A stretch of DNA of 63,172 nucleotides, counting the filler, from Blastocystis sp. subtype 4 (taxonomy: Eukaryota), in the NCBI RefSeq assembly GCF_000743755.1. It is 17 parts of 17 records of this genome, joined end to end, with 100 filler letters (N's around TTAATTAATTAA, not from the genome) between each part and the next. Parts side by side here need not be neighbours in the genome. Positions count along the whole stretch, not along the records: positions 38,232 to 41,723 come from NW_014568989.1; positions 41,824 to 45,302 come from NW_014568988.1; positions 45,403 to 48,919 come from NW_014568987.1; positions 49,020 to 52,486 come from NW_014568986.1; positions 52,587 to 56,036 come from NW_014568985.1; 12 more parts are not named here. One strand, written 5' to 3'. The position numbers were made by a program, and so were the translations under genes. Each line of letters opens with the position of its first letter. Positions within the stretch are counted from its first letter, which is position 1. Shown here one piece after another: positions 39,803-53,614 of the stretch. The notes under the pieces are model-generated. The model saw only the letters and a program-made list of their open reading frames with translations, made no database searches and had not been told where the DNA came from.

Positions 39803-40449
39803 ATGGCCGAAGAAGTCAAGAACACTACTGTGGTATGGATGAATAGTGTGGAATGATAGAACAGGAGGAGCCTAAGGTTGAGGAGGTTGAGGAGCATGAG
39901 TGCGATGAGAACTGCGAGCACGAGCACGAGCACGAGCATGAGCATGCAGAAGCTGGAATGCCCTCTCTGCCTGTATGGAGTGATTGTCGGTTTTAATGGT
40001 TGTAGAAGCCTAAGCCCAGCAGAAACGAGAAGAAGGCTAGAAAGGCTCTTCTTGCTCACGATCTTGTTGAGGTTCCCAACATCATGAGAGCTGCCTTCAA
40101 GAGAGACGAGAACGTGTGCTTCTACGTCCAGTCTCCTGATGTGTACAAGAGCAAGCATAGTGATATTTATGTTGTGTTCGGAGTTGTGAGAATTGACGAT
40201 ATGTCACAGAACAATGTCCTTCAGCAGGCTGCTGCTCAGAAGTTCCAGGCTCCTGAGGAACCCGCTGAGACCAAGGAGGAAACTCCCGCTGAACCTGCTG
40301 AAGAGGAGGTTGTCGATGAGACTGGTCTTAACCCTGATGATATTACTTTCGTTATGGAGCAGACTAAGTGCACCCGTGCTGCTGCTGTCAAGGCTCTTCG
40401 TGAGAACGATAATGATATGATCAATGCTGTTATGGCTCTTGGCAAGTAA
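39803..40449 (+). CDS. NACA: Nascent polypeptide-associated complex alpha subunit
   Basis: SRNEKKARKAL, PDVYKS, YVVFG, C-terminal UBA-like VMEQTKCTRAAAVKALRENDNDMINAVM. Confidence 0.93.
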
Positions 40450-40537
40450 TGAGTTTGACATGCTGATAAGTGCTAATCGTAGTGCCTTCTCTTTGTTTGT
40501 TGCAAATATGATTGAAAACATACAATGAAAAGGACAA

Positions 40538-41559
40538 TCATTGGAATACATCGGCTAACTCATCTTCAGGGAGGATGTTCTCTTCTTCCCTCTTCTGCAA
40601 ACGTTCTAGAGCTTTCACTCGTTTCGTAACTTCCTGTCTTTTTCTTCTTCTCTTGAGAACGAGAAACTGAAGGTGATACATAATTCGGATTAGCATATAG
40701 TGTTTTACCTGTGAAACTGTCATCGAAAATACGAATCACTTCAAGAACCATACGAGGACCAATTTCAGTCAACTGAGGTTCCTCTCCACGCTTCACAAAC
40801 TTCTCTGCTTCTTGTTCTGTATGTCCACGTTCTGAAATTTGGTAGTTTCGAATCCAAATCTTGTTGTCCACCACAAAGAAAGACATGATATGATCAACAA
40901 ACGGTTTGCTTTTGGGATGTCCCAGAGGAACAGCAAATACTTGTTTGAACATTTCACGAAGCAGTTGCCACTCGGGAGTCGAATCAAAACTCTTATCAAA
41001 CACGAGCAACGGACGAGAGCCCATCAAGCAGTTGCCTGTCATCTTCAACTCTTCCGTTGTATGAACTAACTGTTATTTAGGAATTTTATCAAGTACCATT
41101 GTGCATAAGAAAACGAACTGAAGGACCATCTGGAATCCGACTAATCCACATATACACATCAACATGTTTTCGAGTCTATTCATAATAGACACTAGGATAC
41201 GGATACCTCAAAGAAAATGGAGTATGTACAAGACTTCAATTCGGCAATCTCTGTAATGGCTTCCAAACTCTTCTTTACATCAAGCTAAAATGATATTATT
41301 ACCCATTCAACAACATCCCTACCTTCACATCCTTCTTATATTGAGGCATCAAAGCTTCCAAATCCTTCATGAGATGTCTTGTTCGGTAACTGATTCCCCG
41401 AGATGCAAGAACTAAGCAACGTTGCTTATTTGTGTATTTCACCTACTTGTTACCGTTTTCCTCTCCTTTTCATACTTTTTCCTTCTTCTCTTCTGGAGTT
41501 CCCTTTCCAGCTTTGTTCTTCATGGGAACCTTTTTATTTACCTTTGATTTCTTCTCCAT
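40538..41559 (-). CDS. BRX1: Ribosome biogenesis protein Brx1 (Brix domain); apparent frameshift near the C-terminus
   Basis: NKQRCLVLASRGI, GPSVRFL, ELKMTGNCLMGSRPLLVFD, HPKSKPFVDH, IWIRNYQI, EIGPR. Confidence 0.92.
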
Positions 41560-41823
41560 CCGATTCTTTGACAATCAACAAATGAAGCGATGAACACGGG
41601 AATCAGTGATTCCTGAGGAAGAGTTTGTTTGTTCTCATTTCTTTTCGTTGTTTCTCTCATGGTTGTGGATTCGAAAGTAGATGGAAGTGGAATTCAGATT
41701 GACGTGGTAGAAACGATTATCAANNNNNNNNNNNNNNNNNNNNNNNNNNNNNNNNNNNNNNNNNNNNTTAATTAATTAANNNNNNNNNNNNNNNNNNNNN
41801 NNNNNNNNNNNNNNNNNNNNNNN

Positions 41824-44656
41824 ATCACATAACATCTCACTAATATTCAAGTGATGCTCCAAGTCCACCGCAATTACACTCACAGCGAGTACTTGTCCTT
41901 CTGCATCTACACACATCCATTTTAGTATTATCTAGCAAATATGCAGGACCACAAGAAGAAGTGATTGGACGAGTTACACGGTATTCAGAAAGCCTTCGGT
42001 TCATATCATCTTCCAAGGTATTCTTATTCAATTTTACCTATATCTTATTCTCACTCTTCATACTCACTGATAGCAGCTTACCAGCGGCAGTTGCAGGGAC
42101 CTGATAATCGAACTCAATCTTACTTCCACTCACCTTCACATCTGAACCCACGATTTGAGTATCCACTTCATCATCAATCAGAAGAGTCACCACATCCGTA
42201 TTCCCCGATACCACTTTCACACCTCCATCAAACTGTATTTGGAAATGATATCGCTCACCAGCAAACAAGCTTTGTGAGGGTTCTACAGCCAGAAGGGAAG
42301 GAGTAGGAATCTCTGGGAATCAGATACAACAGAACAATCAAACCTGAAGACACAGTGATGGTACTATCTGCCTGAATGCCACATTGTGCGAAGGTCATAT
42401 CATAACTCTTTCCAATCTCGAGCGTATCTTGTAGAGGTAATGCCAGAGAGGATCCTGACACCTGAAGATCATTGATCGAATAGCGTCGAGAATTCACTGT
42501 GACCTCACATTCTGTATTCAGAGCCACATCTGATGAACAAGTGAAACGGACCACACCATGTGAACGAGGTACGATAGAGGATACAAGCTCACATAGGACT
42601 TCAGAGTCTATAGATGAAGGAATGAATCTAAACGAACGAGAAGAAAGCCAATACATATGTGGAGCAAAACGATACTCTTCACAGGCTGTTTGACTCTCTT
42701 GCGACACCACAGCACCAGCAGGAACATAGATATAAAGACGCTCACTAGGTGTAGGAGGCATATGGAAGGTCGCAAATAAACCATTAAAACTTTCCAGATC
42801 GACAGGTGTAGTGGTGGTAGCTAGCAATCATGAACTGAAAGAAGAACTACAAGGAGAATCTCCAACAAAGATTTGAGCAGAACCAGCCAGAATTGGCATA
42901 TCAAATGTCAGAGTGATGAGACTATGAGAAAGGACTTCTGATTGGATTTCAGGAGATACAGCAATAACTCGAGGTGCTTGTGATACTGGTTCTTATATCC
43001 ATCCTCCAGACCTACTGGATGTACTCAGTGTAGTGAATTCTGTCTCTGTACCACTCTCTGCAAGATGTCTGCCATGATGATTCTGATGGAGGAGATGATT
43101 CAATTCATGTTCCATCATACACTGAAGACGATACTCACTACCACGATGTAGATTTGATGCAATGAATGTGTGAACATCACCTGAATCCTTTATCTATGAA
43201 TGATTCTCTCTCATTTCACGCACAAAGAAATGTTCAGCCATCCTTTTGAAAGAACGGAGAGAACTGTGACCAAAGTGTTTACGCATGGGCATACAATGAA
43301 CCATACCAGGAACATTACTGCGTACAGAGATACGAGCAAAAGTCGAATATGGCTCTACATCAGTCACTTCAAGATGAGAAGACTGATGAGCAGGTGTTGT
43401 GAAGGATTGCTTATTGGACTGAGTGGTAAGTGAATCCACATGCAATGAACACTCTACTGTGTAATCAGTCTCAGGAATCAGATTCTCCAACATCATTCGA
43501 GCATGCCCTGCATGATGAACCTCTCGATTTCCAAATGCAGGTCGAACATTCGAAGCATAATAAGAACAAAGGAGAGAACCAGGAGCTGTCACATTCAAAT
43601 GAACTATGGCAACCACATCATATGCACTCACTGATTGAATCGTCACGGCAGGAGTAGAAGGTGAATACACATAAGGTTGGGACCATTCACTAAGACCAGC
43701 GGCTGTCATTGCATTCACTTGTACAGCCAAACCATTTGAAGTCGTCACATCTCGGAAGACAATGAATGGTTTGTAGGATACCTTCTCTAACAGTATTCGA
43801 CCAGTTAGATCCGATACACGTACTGTATACTTCAGTATGGGACGGCCATTATTCTCCACACGACGCCAGTAGAGTTTCAACAAAGAATCCTCGACCTTCA
43901 TATGAATATGCTTAGGAGCCTCAGGAACCGCTACACTTACAGACATCAATAATCACTCACTTGGAGATCGTAGTGTTACAGTATCTGATTCACGAGAATA
44001 TGTCTCTTGCATACCTTTAGCATTACCGAAACGCCAGGCAAAGGAGTAGGTCTTTCCAGTAGTCAGACCAGTGATCTTCAGAGGGAGACTGTACTAAGTA
44101 TTATTCCATCTCATTCAGACTTACGGGGAATTCCAACTCCTTGCTGAAACCTCCTTCCTCCTTCACTTGAACCTTAATTGATGTGAAATCATTTCCATTG
44201 TTGTAATGACGCAAATGATGACGACTCAGACTTACAGAAGTCTCATCAAAGGACAACACACGAGGAGCAGGAGCGATAATAGGAGCACCAGAAGGAGTCA
44301 CTTTCAGAACACTCGAGAAGGAGGAACTCACACCGTCAACCTTTGCACTTACACGAAGACTGTATTCTTGACCAGCAACAAGACCGTCAATGAAAGCATA
44401 ATCTGTAGTCACAGTGTAGGCATTTGCCATGGTTGGTGTAGGTTCAACCGACAGAGTATACGAAGAAGCACCAGGAACAGATTTCCAAGAAATACTGATG
44501 GATGAACCTGATACGAGGTTCAATTTCAGATCACTTGGAGCTTCAACTATTCGTCAAAACAAAGAACCAAACGATTACCACAAAGCACAGTAGAAAGCAG
44601 CAAAACCACAATAACAAACTAAATCTAAGTCAATGATACCAATTTCAAACCTTCAT
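41824..44656 (-). CDS. Large secreted fibronectin type III-domain protein, 3'-partial
   Basis: Signal peptide MKFVIVVLLLSTVLC; FN3 motifs ISWKSVPGASSY, DGLVAGQEYSLRV, NLIPETDYTV. Confidence 0.75.
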
Positions 44657-44836
44657 TCTTCTTGCTTCACGTTTACTGATCTAATCCACATAATCACAAA
44701 ACAACCGCGGTTCTATTCATTTCTCATTTTCAAAACAAACAACAATTCTAGAGACATAGAAACGATTGGATCCAATGGGAAATTGTTGGAAGCATAGAAT
44801 TGAAGTCATAGAATCAAAGTCAGAATCGTATTGGTC

Positions 44837-45302
44837 ATGTCAGAAATCGACATTTCAACACTACCTATTTCCAAGATTCGTGCTGCTTTAAAGGATTTGG
44901 GACTTTCTGGGTCTGGAACGAAGAAGGAGCTGATTGAACGATATAATGAGTATATGAAGAATCCAAAACCTTCAACAATTGAATCTAATCCTAAAGAGAA
45001 TGAAATGACTACTGAAACAACAATCACTCGAGAAGTCCAACCTGATGATATTGGTATTGAAAACAGTGAGATACAATTGGTTGGAATTGATTGGGATAGA
45101 GGAAATGAAAGAGGAGCTTCCTGTTGAACAACAGACGTTTGAAGTAGACGTTGCAGCGACTGGAGGTGATGTAGAAGGAGTCAATGGTGATACAGCAACA
45201 ACGGGAAATGATGTAGTGACAGTTGGAAGTGAGGCAACAGGGACTGAGAGTGAAGCAGTAGCAATAGAGACTACACCAACAATGCCTGACTCCACAACAA
45301 TA
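44837..45302 (+). CDS. SAP-domain protein with acidic Thr-rich region, 3'-partial
   Basis: LPISKIRAALKDLGLSGSGTKKELIERY matches the SAP motif. Confidence 0.75.
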
Positions 45303-45402
45303 NNNNNNNNNNNNNNNNNNNNNNNNNNNNNNNNNNNNNNNNNNNNTTAATTAATTAANNNNNNNNNNNNNNNNNNNNNNNNNNNNNNNNNNNNNNNNNN
45401 NN

Positions 45403-47580
45403 TATGGATTATTGTATGATCGAAATGGAATGATTGAATATGAAGGACTATTCAAAGATGATGTTGTTATTGATGTTAATGATGATATGAGAATGAAATG
45501 GCTTGATGACTGTGAATTGATTGTTACTAGTTGTATTGAATCTCTGATGGTTGATAGTCTTTTCAATCCTGGTATATCATCATTGATATTGAACAATTCA
45601 TTGATATCAGAAACGAATTGAGATTGGAAATGGTTGTTTGGAGGAAGTAAATCGATTTGAGATTGATGGATTGAATGAATTGGAGACTATCATCATTGGA
45701 TACAAGAGTTTCGAACTTGATGAGAATACTGGAGAAGGAAGCAAATGTGTGATAATGAATTGTGATCAACTGAGTGAAATCCACATTGGAGGGGATTCAT
45801 TCTATTGGTATGAATCATTTGAATTGAAGAATCTTCCTTCTCTCATATCCATTCACTTGGATAGTATGGCATTCCAGAAATGTCGTTCAATAGTATTTGA
45901 GAGTATGAATGATTGAATGAATGATGAATGAGATCTGATTCAACTTCAATCCATCTTTCTTGGATCATACACTCTTAAAGGTAAAGAAGAAACTGTTGAA
46001 TCAAATGAATTGATGATGAGGAGTATGAATGATGCTGATGATTGATTGATCAGATCTCCCTTCTCTATCCTCACTCAAAGGAGATGGATTCTGTTTCTGT
46101 AGTATAATCAAAGTGATATTGGAGAGTGTGATTAATGATTGAATTTGAATTAGACATTCCATTACTCACTGAAGATGGAATAATGATGGATTATTCGTTT
46201 AGTGAGGTAAGAGAGTTGGTCTGTTCAAGTATGATTGATGAACTGATACTGATTGAGATGCTGATTCTATTGAATACTACATCACTAAGAATAATTGTTA
46301 TGTTTCTCCTTCTGAACACTTACAGTCTCTTCATCCATCAGTATTCTGGATATCAAAATCCAATCAAATGAAGCAGATATCTAAATCTATTGAATCGATT
46401 GTGATTCAAGGAGATGTAGGAAACGATAAGATACCATTTAAACTTTCCAATCTTCCTTCTCTCATTACTCTTGAAATGGGACATGATGCATTTGAGTATT
46501 GTCATTCGATAGTATTTGAGAGTATGAATAATCGAATGAATGATGAATGAGATCTAACTCAACTTAAATCCATCATTCTAGAATGGGGAGCTCTTGAAGG
46601 TGATGCTAGAGAATCAAATGAATTGATAATGAGGAGTACGAATGATGATGATGATTGAGTGATGATTAGATCTCCCTTCTCTGACGCTACTCAAAGGGAA
46701 TGAAGACAATAATTTCCGTCATGTAGTCAAGGTGATATTGAAGAGTGTGATTGATGATTGGTATTTGAATTAGACATTCCATTACTCACTGAAGATGGAA
46801 TTCAGATGGATTATTCCTTTAACAGAGTGAGAGAATTGCATAGTTCAAGTATGATTGATTGATTGATACTGATTGAGATGCTGATTCTCTTGAATACTAC
46901 ATCACTAAGAATAGTCATGTAACTCCTTCTGAACACTTGTTGTCTCTTCATCCATCAGTATTCTGGATATTAGATGCCAGCCAAATGGAACAGATTTCTA
47001 ATTCTGTTGAATCGATCATTATCAAAAGAGACGTTGGAGAGAAAAGCAAATCATTCAAACTCTCCAGTCTTCGTTCTCTCCTCACTCTTGAAATAGGACG
47101 TTATTCATTCCAGTATTGTCATTCGATAGTGTTTGAGAGTATGAATGATTGAATGAATGATGAATGAGATCTGAATCGACTTCAATCCATCATTCTTAGA
47201 AATGAGGCTCTTCAAGGTGATGCTAGAGAATCAAATGAATTGATGATGAGGAGTACGAATGAATATGATGATTGATTGATCAGATCTCCCTTCTCTATCC
47301 TCACTCAAAGGAGATGGATTCAATTTCTACTGTACGGAAAAAGTGATATTGGAGAGTGTGATTGATGATTGAATTTGAATTAGACATTCCATTACTCACT
47401 GAAGATGGAATTCAGATGGAATATTCCTTTAGCAGAGTGAAAGAATTGGATAGTTCAAGTATGATTGATGAACTGATACTGATTGAGATGCTGATTCTCT
47501 TGATCAATTCATACGACAAAAGAGTAAAGAACTACAGAAGAGAAGTGTTGAGAACTAGGAATTCATCTAACATGTCTTTG
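45403..47580 (+). CDS. MORN/LRR-array family gene, 5'-partial, with a 2-nt deletion near 45610 (possible pseudogene)
   Basis: Same exon modules and introns as 19868-23010; GATATCAGAAACG here versus GATATCATTGAAACG in paralogs. Confidence 0.65.
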
Positions 47581-48176
47581 TTGATATAAGCATTCTTATA
47601 CGATAACTGTGACAGATGAAGATTACTCTCCTGTTACTAGCTTCATAAAAGTATAATACTCATAAGAAGTTCTCACAAATATCATAGAATGAGACAACTC
47701 ATAGTGTACACAGCTTTTGTCTCACGTTGACTCACTACTTCAATCATTCCTTCGATTCTTGGTATTTCTTTGCTTCGGATAGTTAAAGAAGATCTAATGC
47801 ACATCAATAGACCGTATCTTATACATAGACACACTGACCCGCTATCCATTCATTGATAGAAACAATGAAATAATGATTAAAATGTGCCTACAGTGAGATT
47901 GTGAAAGATCTGGATATGATGATTTAATATACAATGCTACAGAATTTTGTTTAATCATCTGAAGATTGTAAGGTCAAATCAATCCCATATTCACTCTTCG
48001 TTTAATATTCTCAGAAGGAAACGGGCTCTAAGAGTTTGTAATCACTATTAATCATGATGGGGATATCGTACAATACACCTTTTCACCAATTTGAACTTCA
48101 GAAGATCGTTTCCATCATTCTGACAGCTCATTATCACAATTACCAACTCTTGGAGGGAAATATGAACAAACACAAC

Positions 48177-48919
48177 AATGATATCTACTATACACTCTTT
48201 CAATTTCTGCAATATCCTCTTCAGTCATAGTATTTCGTTCTCCTAACCTGGTAACATATGCCCTAAGTTCCATTCTCTTGTTAGGATCAGTCATAGTAGA
48301 ACAGATTGCATATCCCTTATCTTGTAATGCATCAATGGTCCTAGTCATCTTATTATACTCTTCTTGACGAGATGTGATATCTGCCAGGTCCTGTGTAAAT
48401 CGAGTCACATCCACTTCAGAGAAGACAGCCTGACTACTATTCCACTGAACTAACCGACCACCATCTTTGTCAACCATTTGAAGACTGAGATCTCCATCTT
48501 TGTTCATAGTGAAAATGACTCTAAAACGATTCTGACCAGCAGGCTTTGGAGTTACTCCAGTAACGGTGAGTGTTTGAAGCCTTCGACAGTTGCGGACATG
48601 TCGATGGTTCCCTTGGAAGATCGATATAGAGACTTCAGTCACATTGTCACGATAGTTTGTAAGATCAAACTGAGCAGAATAAGGAAGAATCGTCCTTCGA
48701 GGGATAACAACTTTGAGAATACCCTTTCCAACTCCAATTCCAATATCCGAGGGACAAGTAACACTCACATCAATAGGTCTCATCTTCTTCGGTGTTGAAG
48801 GACTAGATGGTGGAGGAGTAGGACTAGATGGTTGAGAAACAGGACTAGGAACAGATACATCAAACTCAATTACGCCTCCTCGACTCAGGAAATATCCATA
48901 CTTGGTAGCACCATAAGCA
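48177..48919 (-). CDS. Divergent Hsp70-like protein, C-terminal part; stop probably completed by poly(A)
   Basis: AYGA at the NBD end, SDIGIG, VIPRRTILP, DNVTEVSISIFQG, GVTPKPAG, FTMNKDG. Confidence 0.8.
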
Positions 48920-49019
48920 NNNNNNNNNNNNNNNNNNNNNNNNNNNNNNNNNNNNNNNNNNNNTTAATTAATTAANNNNNNNNNNNNNNNNNNNNNNNNN
49001 NNNNNNNNNNNNNNNNNNN

Positions 49020-49118
49020 GATGATGTGTGCTGTGAGGATGATGTCATTGAAGCTATCACTCAGTTCGAGGATGAGGTCCAGTCCACTGAGGTTGCCTCC
49101 TTCAACAAGTTCTCTTAA
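49020..49118 (+). CDS. EEF1B: Elongation factor 1-beta/delta, C-terminal fragment
   Basis: DDVIEAITQFEDEVQSTEVASFNKFS*. Confidence 0.75.
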   Translation, partial: DDVCCEDDVIEAITQFEDEVQSTEVASFNKFS

Positions 49119-49213
49119 GTGATTTGTTTTCTCTTATTGTTTGTTCAGATTATACTTCTTTGGAAGACAAGTTGTGATTGAAAGAAGGTTTTTAGGTTTA
49201 TCTTATTGTCAAT

Positions 49214-50264
49214 ATGGTTCGTTGTGGTCAAATTGTGATTGGTCCTGCTGGTTCGGGAAAAGTCATAATCAAACTTCATAGTTTATTTCTAGTCATCCTA
49301 TTGTAATGCAATCAAAGAAGTATGTGCTGATAGCCGTCGTCGAGCCTATATCGTTAATTTAGATCCTGCTGCAGAGCAACTACCATATGATTGTGATTTA
49401 GGTAACGAACTTTCTATAGAAACAACAAATAGACATTCGCGACCTCATCTCATTGGATGATGCTGTAGATGCAATGAAACTGGGTCCTAATGGAGGGTTG
49501 GTATTCTGTATTGAGTATTTGCGAGAAAACATGGAATGGTTGGAAGATGAACTGTCTCAATTTGACGAAGATGGCTATTTTGTATTTGACTGTCCAGGTA
49601 CAATTAAGGTACATTGGTTTAATCATTCAGGTCAGATAGAATTGTTTACCCATTTCAGCTTTCTAGGAGATATTACAACTCGTCTTACCGAATTTGGATT
49701 CCGATTAATCTCTGTTTACTTGGTATGTCATGATATACTCTTATTAAGGACTAGATGGATTGTCCTTTTATTTCAGATGAATCCAAATATCTTTCGGGTA
49801 GTTTGATGGCTCTCTCATCAATGCTTCAACTGGGATTACCTCACTTAAACTTGTTAACAAAGTGTGATCTTGTGACTCAGGATACTTTGGACAAGTTATG
49901 CATAATAGAAGATTTGATAGGATAGATATCGATTTCCTGATGGTGATTCTCTTCTTTATCGGCTAAAACAGAAAGATCCAAGTAATAATGATGTGTATAG
50001 TAAATTGAAAGAATCTCCTTATACTGGATTAAGTGAAGCCATTAGTAGTCTGGTATGAGTGTATCTGTATATTAATTCTAGTTGGATGATTTCGGAATGG
50101 TTTCATATATTGAATGTAGTATTCGAGATGAAGAATTGCTGAATCGTGTATTACTGGAAACTGATAGTCTTCTACAAGTAGGTTCAGGAGAAATGAATCA
50201 GTTGTAGTATGGAGAAGATTTGGATATAGAAGATCATATTGATGAGAATGAGCAAGTTGATTAA
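49214..50264 (+). CDS. GPN3: GPN-loop GTPase 3, multi-exon
   Basis: GPAGSGKS, VNLDPAAE, LGPNGGL, FDCPGQIELFTH, LPHLNLLTKCDL, QYGED. Confidence 0.9.
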
Positions 50265-50299
50265 TTATCTGTGTTTCTTGAATGAACAATTATAAACCA

Positions 50300-52315
50300 C
50301 TATATCATATCTGACTTTCGTTGAGATAATAACATTGATAACTTGTTGATTTGTTGTTTCCCAGCCAAGATCTCTCCTTCACGGCTTGTTATCTCTGACT
50401 TCAAATGTTCAATCACATCTGCTTGCTGACTCATAGTTTCCGTCAGCTGTGTTAATCGATCTCGATTCTTCCGAGTACTCTTTCTTTCATCTTCCAGTTG
50501 ATTGGACAACACTTGCACTTGTTTGCGTACACGTACCAACTACACCTCATACACACAATTATCATTCACCTCCTCTTCATATTGTCTCTGCTGCATTCGA
50601 CTCGCTTCCCGTTCTTTCTGTTCTACAGCACTTACTCGATCGGCCACCAGAGTATCGATCTGGTTCTCCGACTCCCTCAACGAATGACGCTCTTGTTCTA
50701 CTCGTGTCATCTCTTCAGCTAATTTCTGTTCTGAAACTCGCAATTGCGAAGTTAATACCTTTATTTGCTCACGCGATTGTTCACGCAATACATCCAAACT
50801 CTCCATGCAACTCCTCAACTCCTCCTCCTTTTCAACCAACTGCATACGTAACTCTTGAGTCTCCCTCTGAGCTTCCTGCTGGGCAATAGATAATTTGGTG
50901 AGTTCCTCGCGATGAGCTCTGGTCGTCGAGTCCAGGAACTTCTCTGACACAGATATTTGCTCCTCAACAACATATCGCTTCTCACGTAACACTGCCAATT
51001 CATGCTCATATTCTTTAGTTGCTTGCTCCAATGCCAATCTCAGTGATGTTACCTCTGCTGAAGTCTCTTCAGCGATTGACTGAAGTTTCGCTTTATCCTC
51101 TTCCATTTGTTTCATCCTTGCTTCATTCGCTGTGAACATCTGTTGGACCATCTCACTGCTACTCTTCTGAACAGACACCAGTTCCTCCTGCAATTTCACT
51201 AATTGACTTTCACTCTCTTCCAATCGCTCCTTCTGTTGTTCCATACTCATTCGCATCGACTGGAGCGCCTTGTGGAGAGACTCATTTGTTCGCTCTAACT
51301 CCACCATATGCATCTCCTGTTCCGAAGCATCACTAGTTCCAGACGGTTTCTCCTGCACCGATGATTTGAGTTGAGATAATGACTCCCGAAGACGTGTTAT
51401 CGTTGACTTATCCGAATCTGAAACAGCCAGAAGATTGGCTACCTGCTTGTCTTGGGAGGCCAACATATCACTCTTCACCTTCAATTCCTGCTCTTGGCTC
51501 TTGAAACGAGATTTCAATAGACTCACCTTATCTACTGCACTCAAAATGACCATCTCTATCTCTGTTTTCGGATTCTCCGATTCTGAACAATTTTTGGGGA
51601 ATAACTGCTGTACTGCTGTATAGAGAGTCGGCTTAATCTCGTCTTCCTTCTCGCATGTTACATCAAGATACTGAGACATGCCGATAAACAATGACATCAC
51701 ACAGTTACGAGTATTTGACAATTGTACTTCCATAGAATGCTTTTGTTCCTTGGAAGTCTCTAATTCCCCTTGAACTTGACTCAATTGTGTTTTGAGTTGG
51801 TCATTCATCTCAGATTGCGATTTGAAATCTGTTAAACGTCGATTCAAGTTGAATTCCAAGTCTCGTTTTTCGAATTCCATCTTCTTTAGTTCCGCCGTTA
51901 ACTCAGCTATTTTTATTTGCAACTCAGATGACGATACATCCTTCACCACAACAGATTCTGGCTTAGGTCCAGTTGCCTCTAAAAGCAAACCCTGTTTCTG
52001 CATATCATATCCTTATATATCTCATACCTTAATATCCCACCAGCAACGTAAACCATCACTTGTTAAATCGGGTTGAGGATTACTTTCTACAAATGAAGGA
52101 AGTATAGTGACACGCACCATCAAATGGTTTAGTCAAATATTGCAAAAAGCCAACAATTGTCGCATTTAAAGAGTCATATTCACTTTTGAGTTCTGTTATA
52201 TGAATACAGCAACTAGTACAATACGATTATGTTGTCCCTCTAAGGAGTTGTACTTCTTCTTCATCAACTTTAATGCATCCTTGTATTGGGTCACTTGGTT
52301 TGATGAAGAGCTCAT
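50300..52315 (-). CDS. Long coiled-coil protein of unknown function
   Basis: E/Q/K/L-rich heptad sequence, 487-aa central exon, ~30-nt introns. Confidence 0.75.
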
Positions 52316-52586
52316 GTGATGAAATTACAACAATGAAAACCAAAATCTACTAATACAACGAAAACTTGACCTTTTCGGGCGGAAACGACCAAAATAGTTT
52401 CCATTTCTGTCGATCATTTCAACTCTATTCTTTCAATTCATACTTCCTTTAGAGACTTGATTCATATGGAAACAAAGAAGAAACATNNNNNNNNNNNNNN
52501 NNNNNNNNNNNNNNNNNNNNNNNNNNNNNNTTAATTAATTAANNNNNNNNNNNNNNNNNNNNNNNNNNNNNNNNNNNNNNNNNNNN

Positions 52587-53614
52587 ATATTGATCACAAT
52601 CAGAAGAACACTTGAGTGAATAATGAGACAGATAGAGAGAATAACCCTGATGTGTACATTCATAACTCACTGGAGGAGATGGTGTGCAGGAGAGAGAATA
52701 GAAGAATGCTGAATGATTGCAGGAATTAGAATTGTATGAATAGTATTGGAATCCAAATGGATGAAGGATGATTAGGAGATGAACAGAGATAGACTATGAT
52801 GTGGATACAAGAAGATCATTCCAAGATGAAATGAAGTTCAACAGAGATAACAGATTGATAAGCAGGAAGAATGATTCCTCGATACTGAGAATAAGAATAT
52901 GAATTAGTAGCGAGAGTGGAATGATTGATGATTCCATGAGGCATATTGTCTCTGAATATTGAATTCCATTGATATAAGCAATGATACCATGAGAATAGTA
53001 GAATTGAATCGATAGAAGCCATTCCAGTGATTCCATTGAATGACTTCCTGAAGTACTGAGTATTGTATGAAGTGATAGAAGAAGATCCAAGAGTGATTGA
53101 TATCCATTGATTATCATTGAATGAATTGGTATTCCAGAGAGAATGATAACTATCACTGTATCTCCAAGTATCATTCTTATTGATAGGAGAATACAAACCA
53201 AATTGATAACTCTCTTCAAATACACCCCATCTCATAGTGTTCTTGAAGATAGTATTATCATTGATATCATTCATTGAGATCCCTCCAAATCCATACCATC
53301 CCCCACTAGCTGAATCTTTCATGATAAGAGTGTAGATATGATTAGAAGAAGCATTCAAACAGACTTCATACACATATTCTTGATAACGATTACTGAATGA
53401 AGGAGAAGTGAATAGAGTAGATGATCCAGATACAATCTCAAATGACTCTCTTCTAGGATCATAGCCAGTATACTTAGTGATCTTAACATAATCTTGATTA
53501 GATGAACATTGAATAGAGTAAGAAAGGATAACTAGAAATGAGAGTAGAATGAAGAATGAAACAGAATGTGAAGAATAGAGTGAGATGATTGATACTACAA
53601 TCAACAACAATCAT
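52587..53614 (-). pseudogene. Degenerate paralog of the Ig-like surface protein family
   Basis: Aligns with 8667-10596 (CSSNQDYVKITK, LYSPINK, TQYFRKSF) but has frameshifts near 52960-53010 and deletions. Confidence 0.7.

Noticed and set aside
41177..41207. BRX1 intron starting GTATCC as a U12 intron
   Set aside because: 31 nt long with no U12 branch box; fits the ordinary intron class
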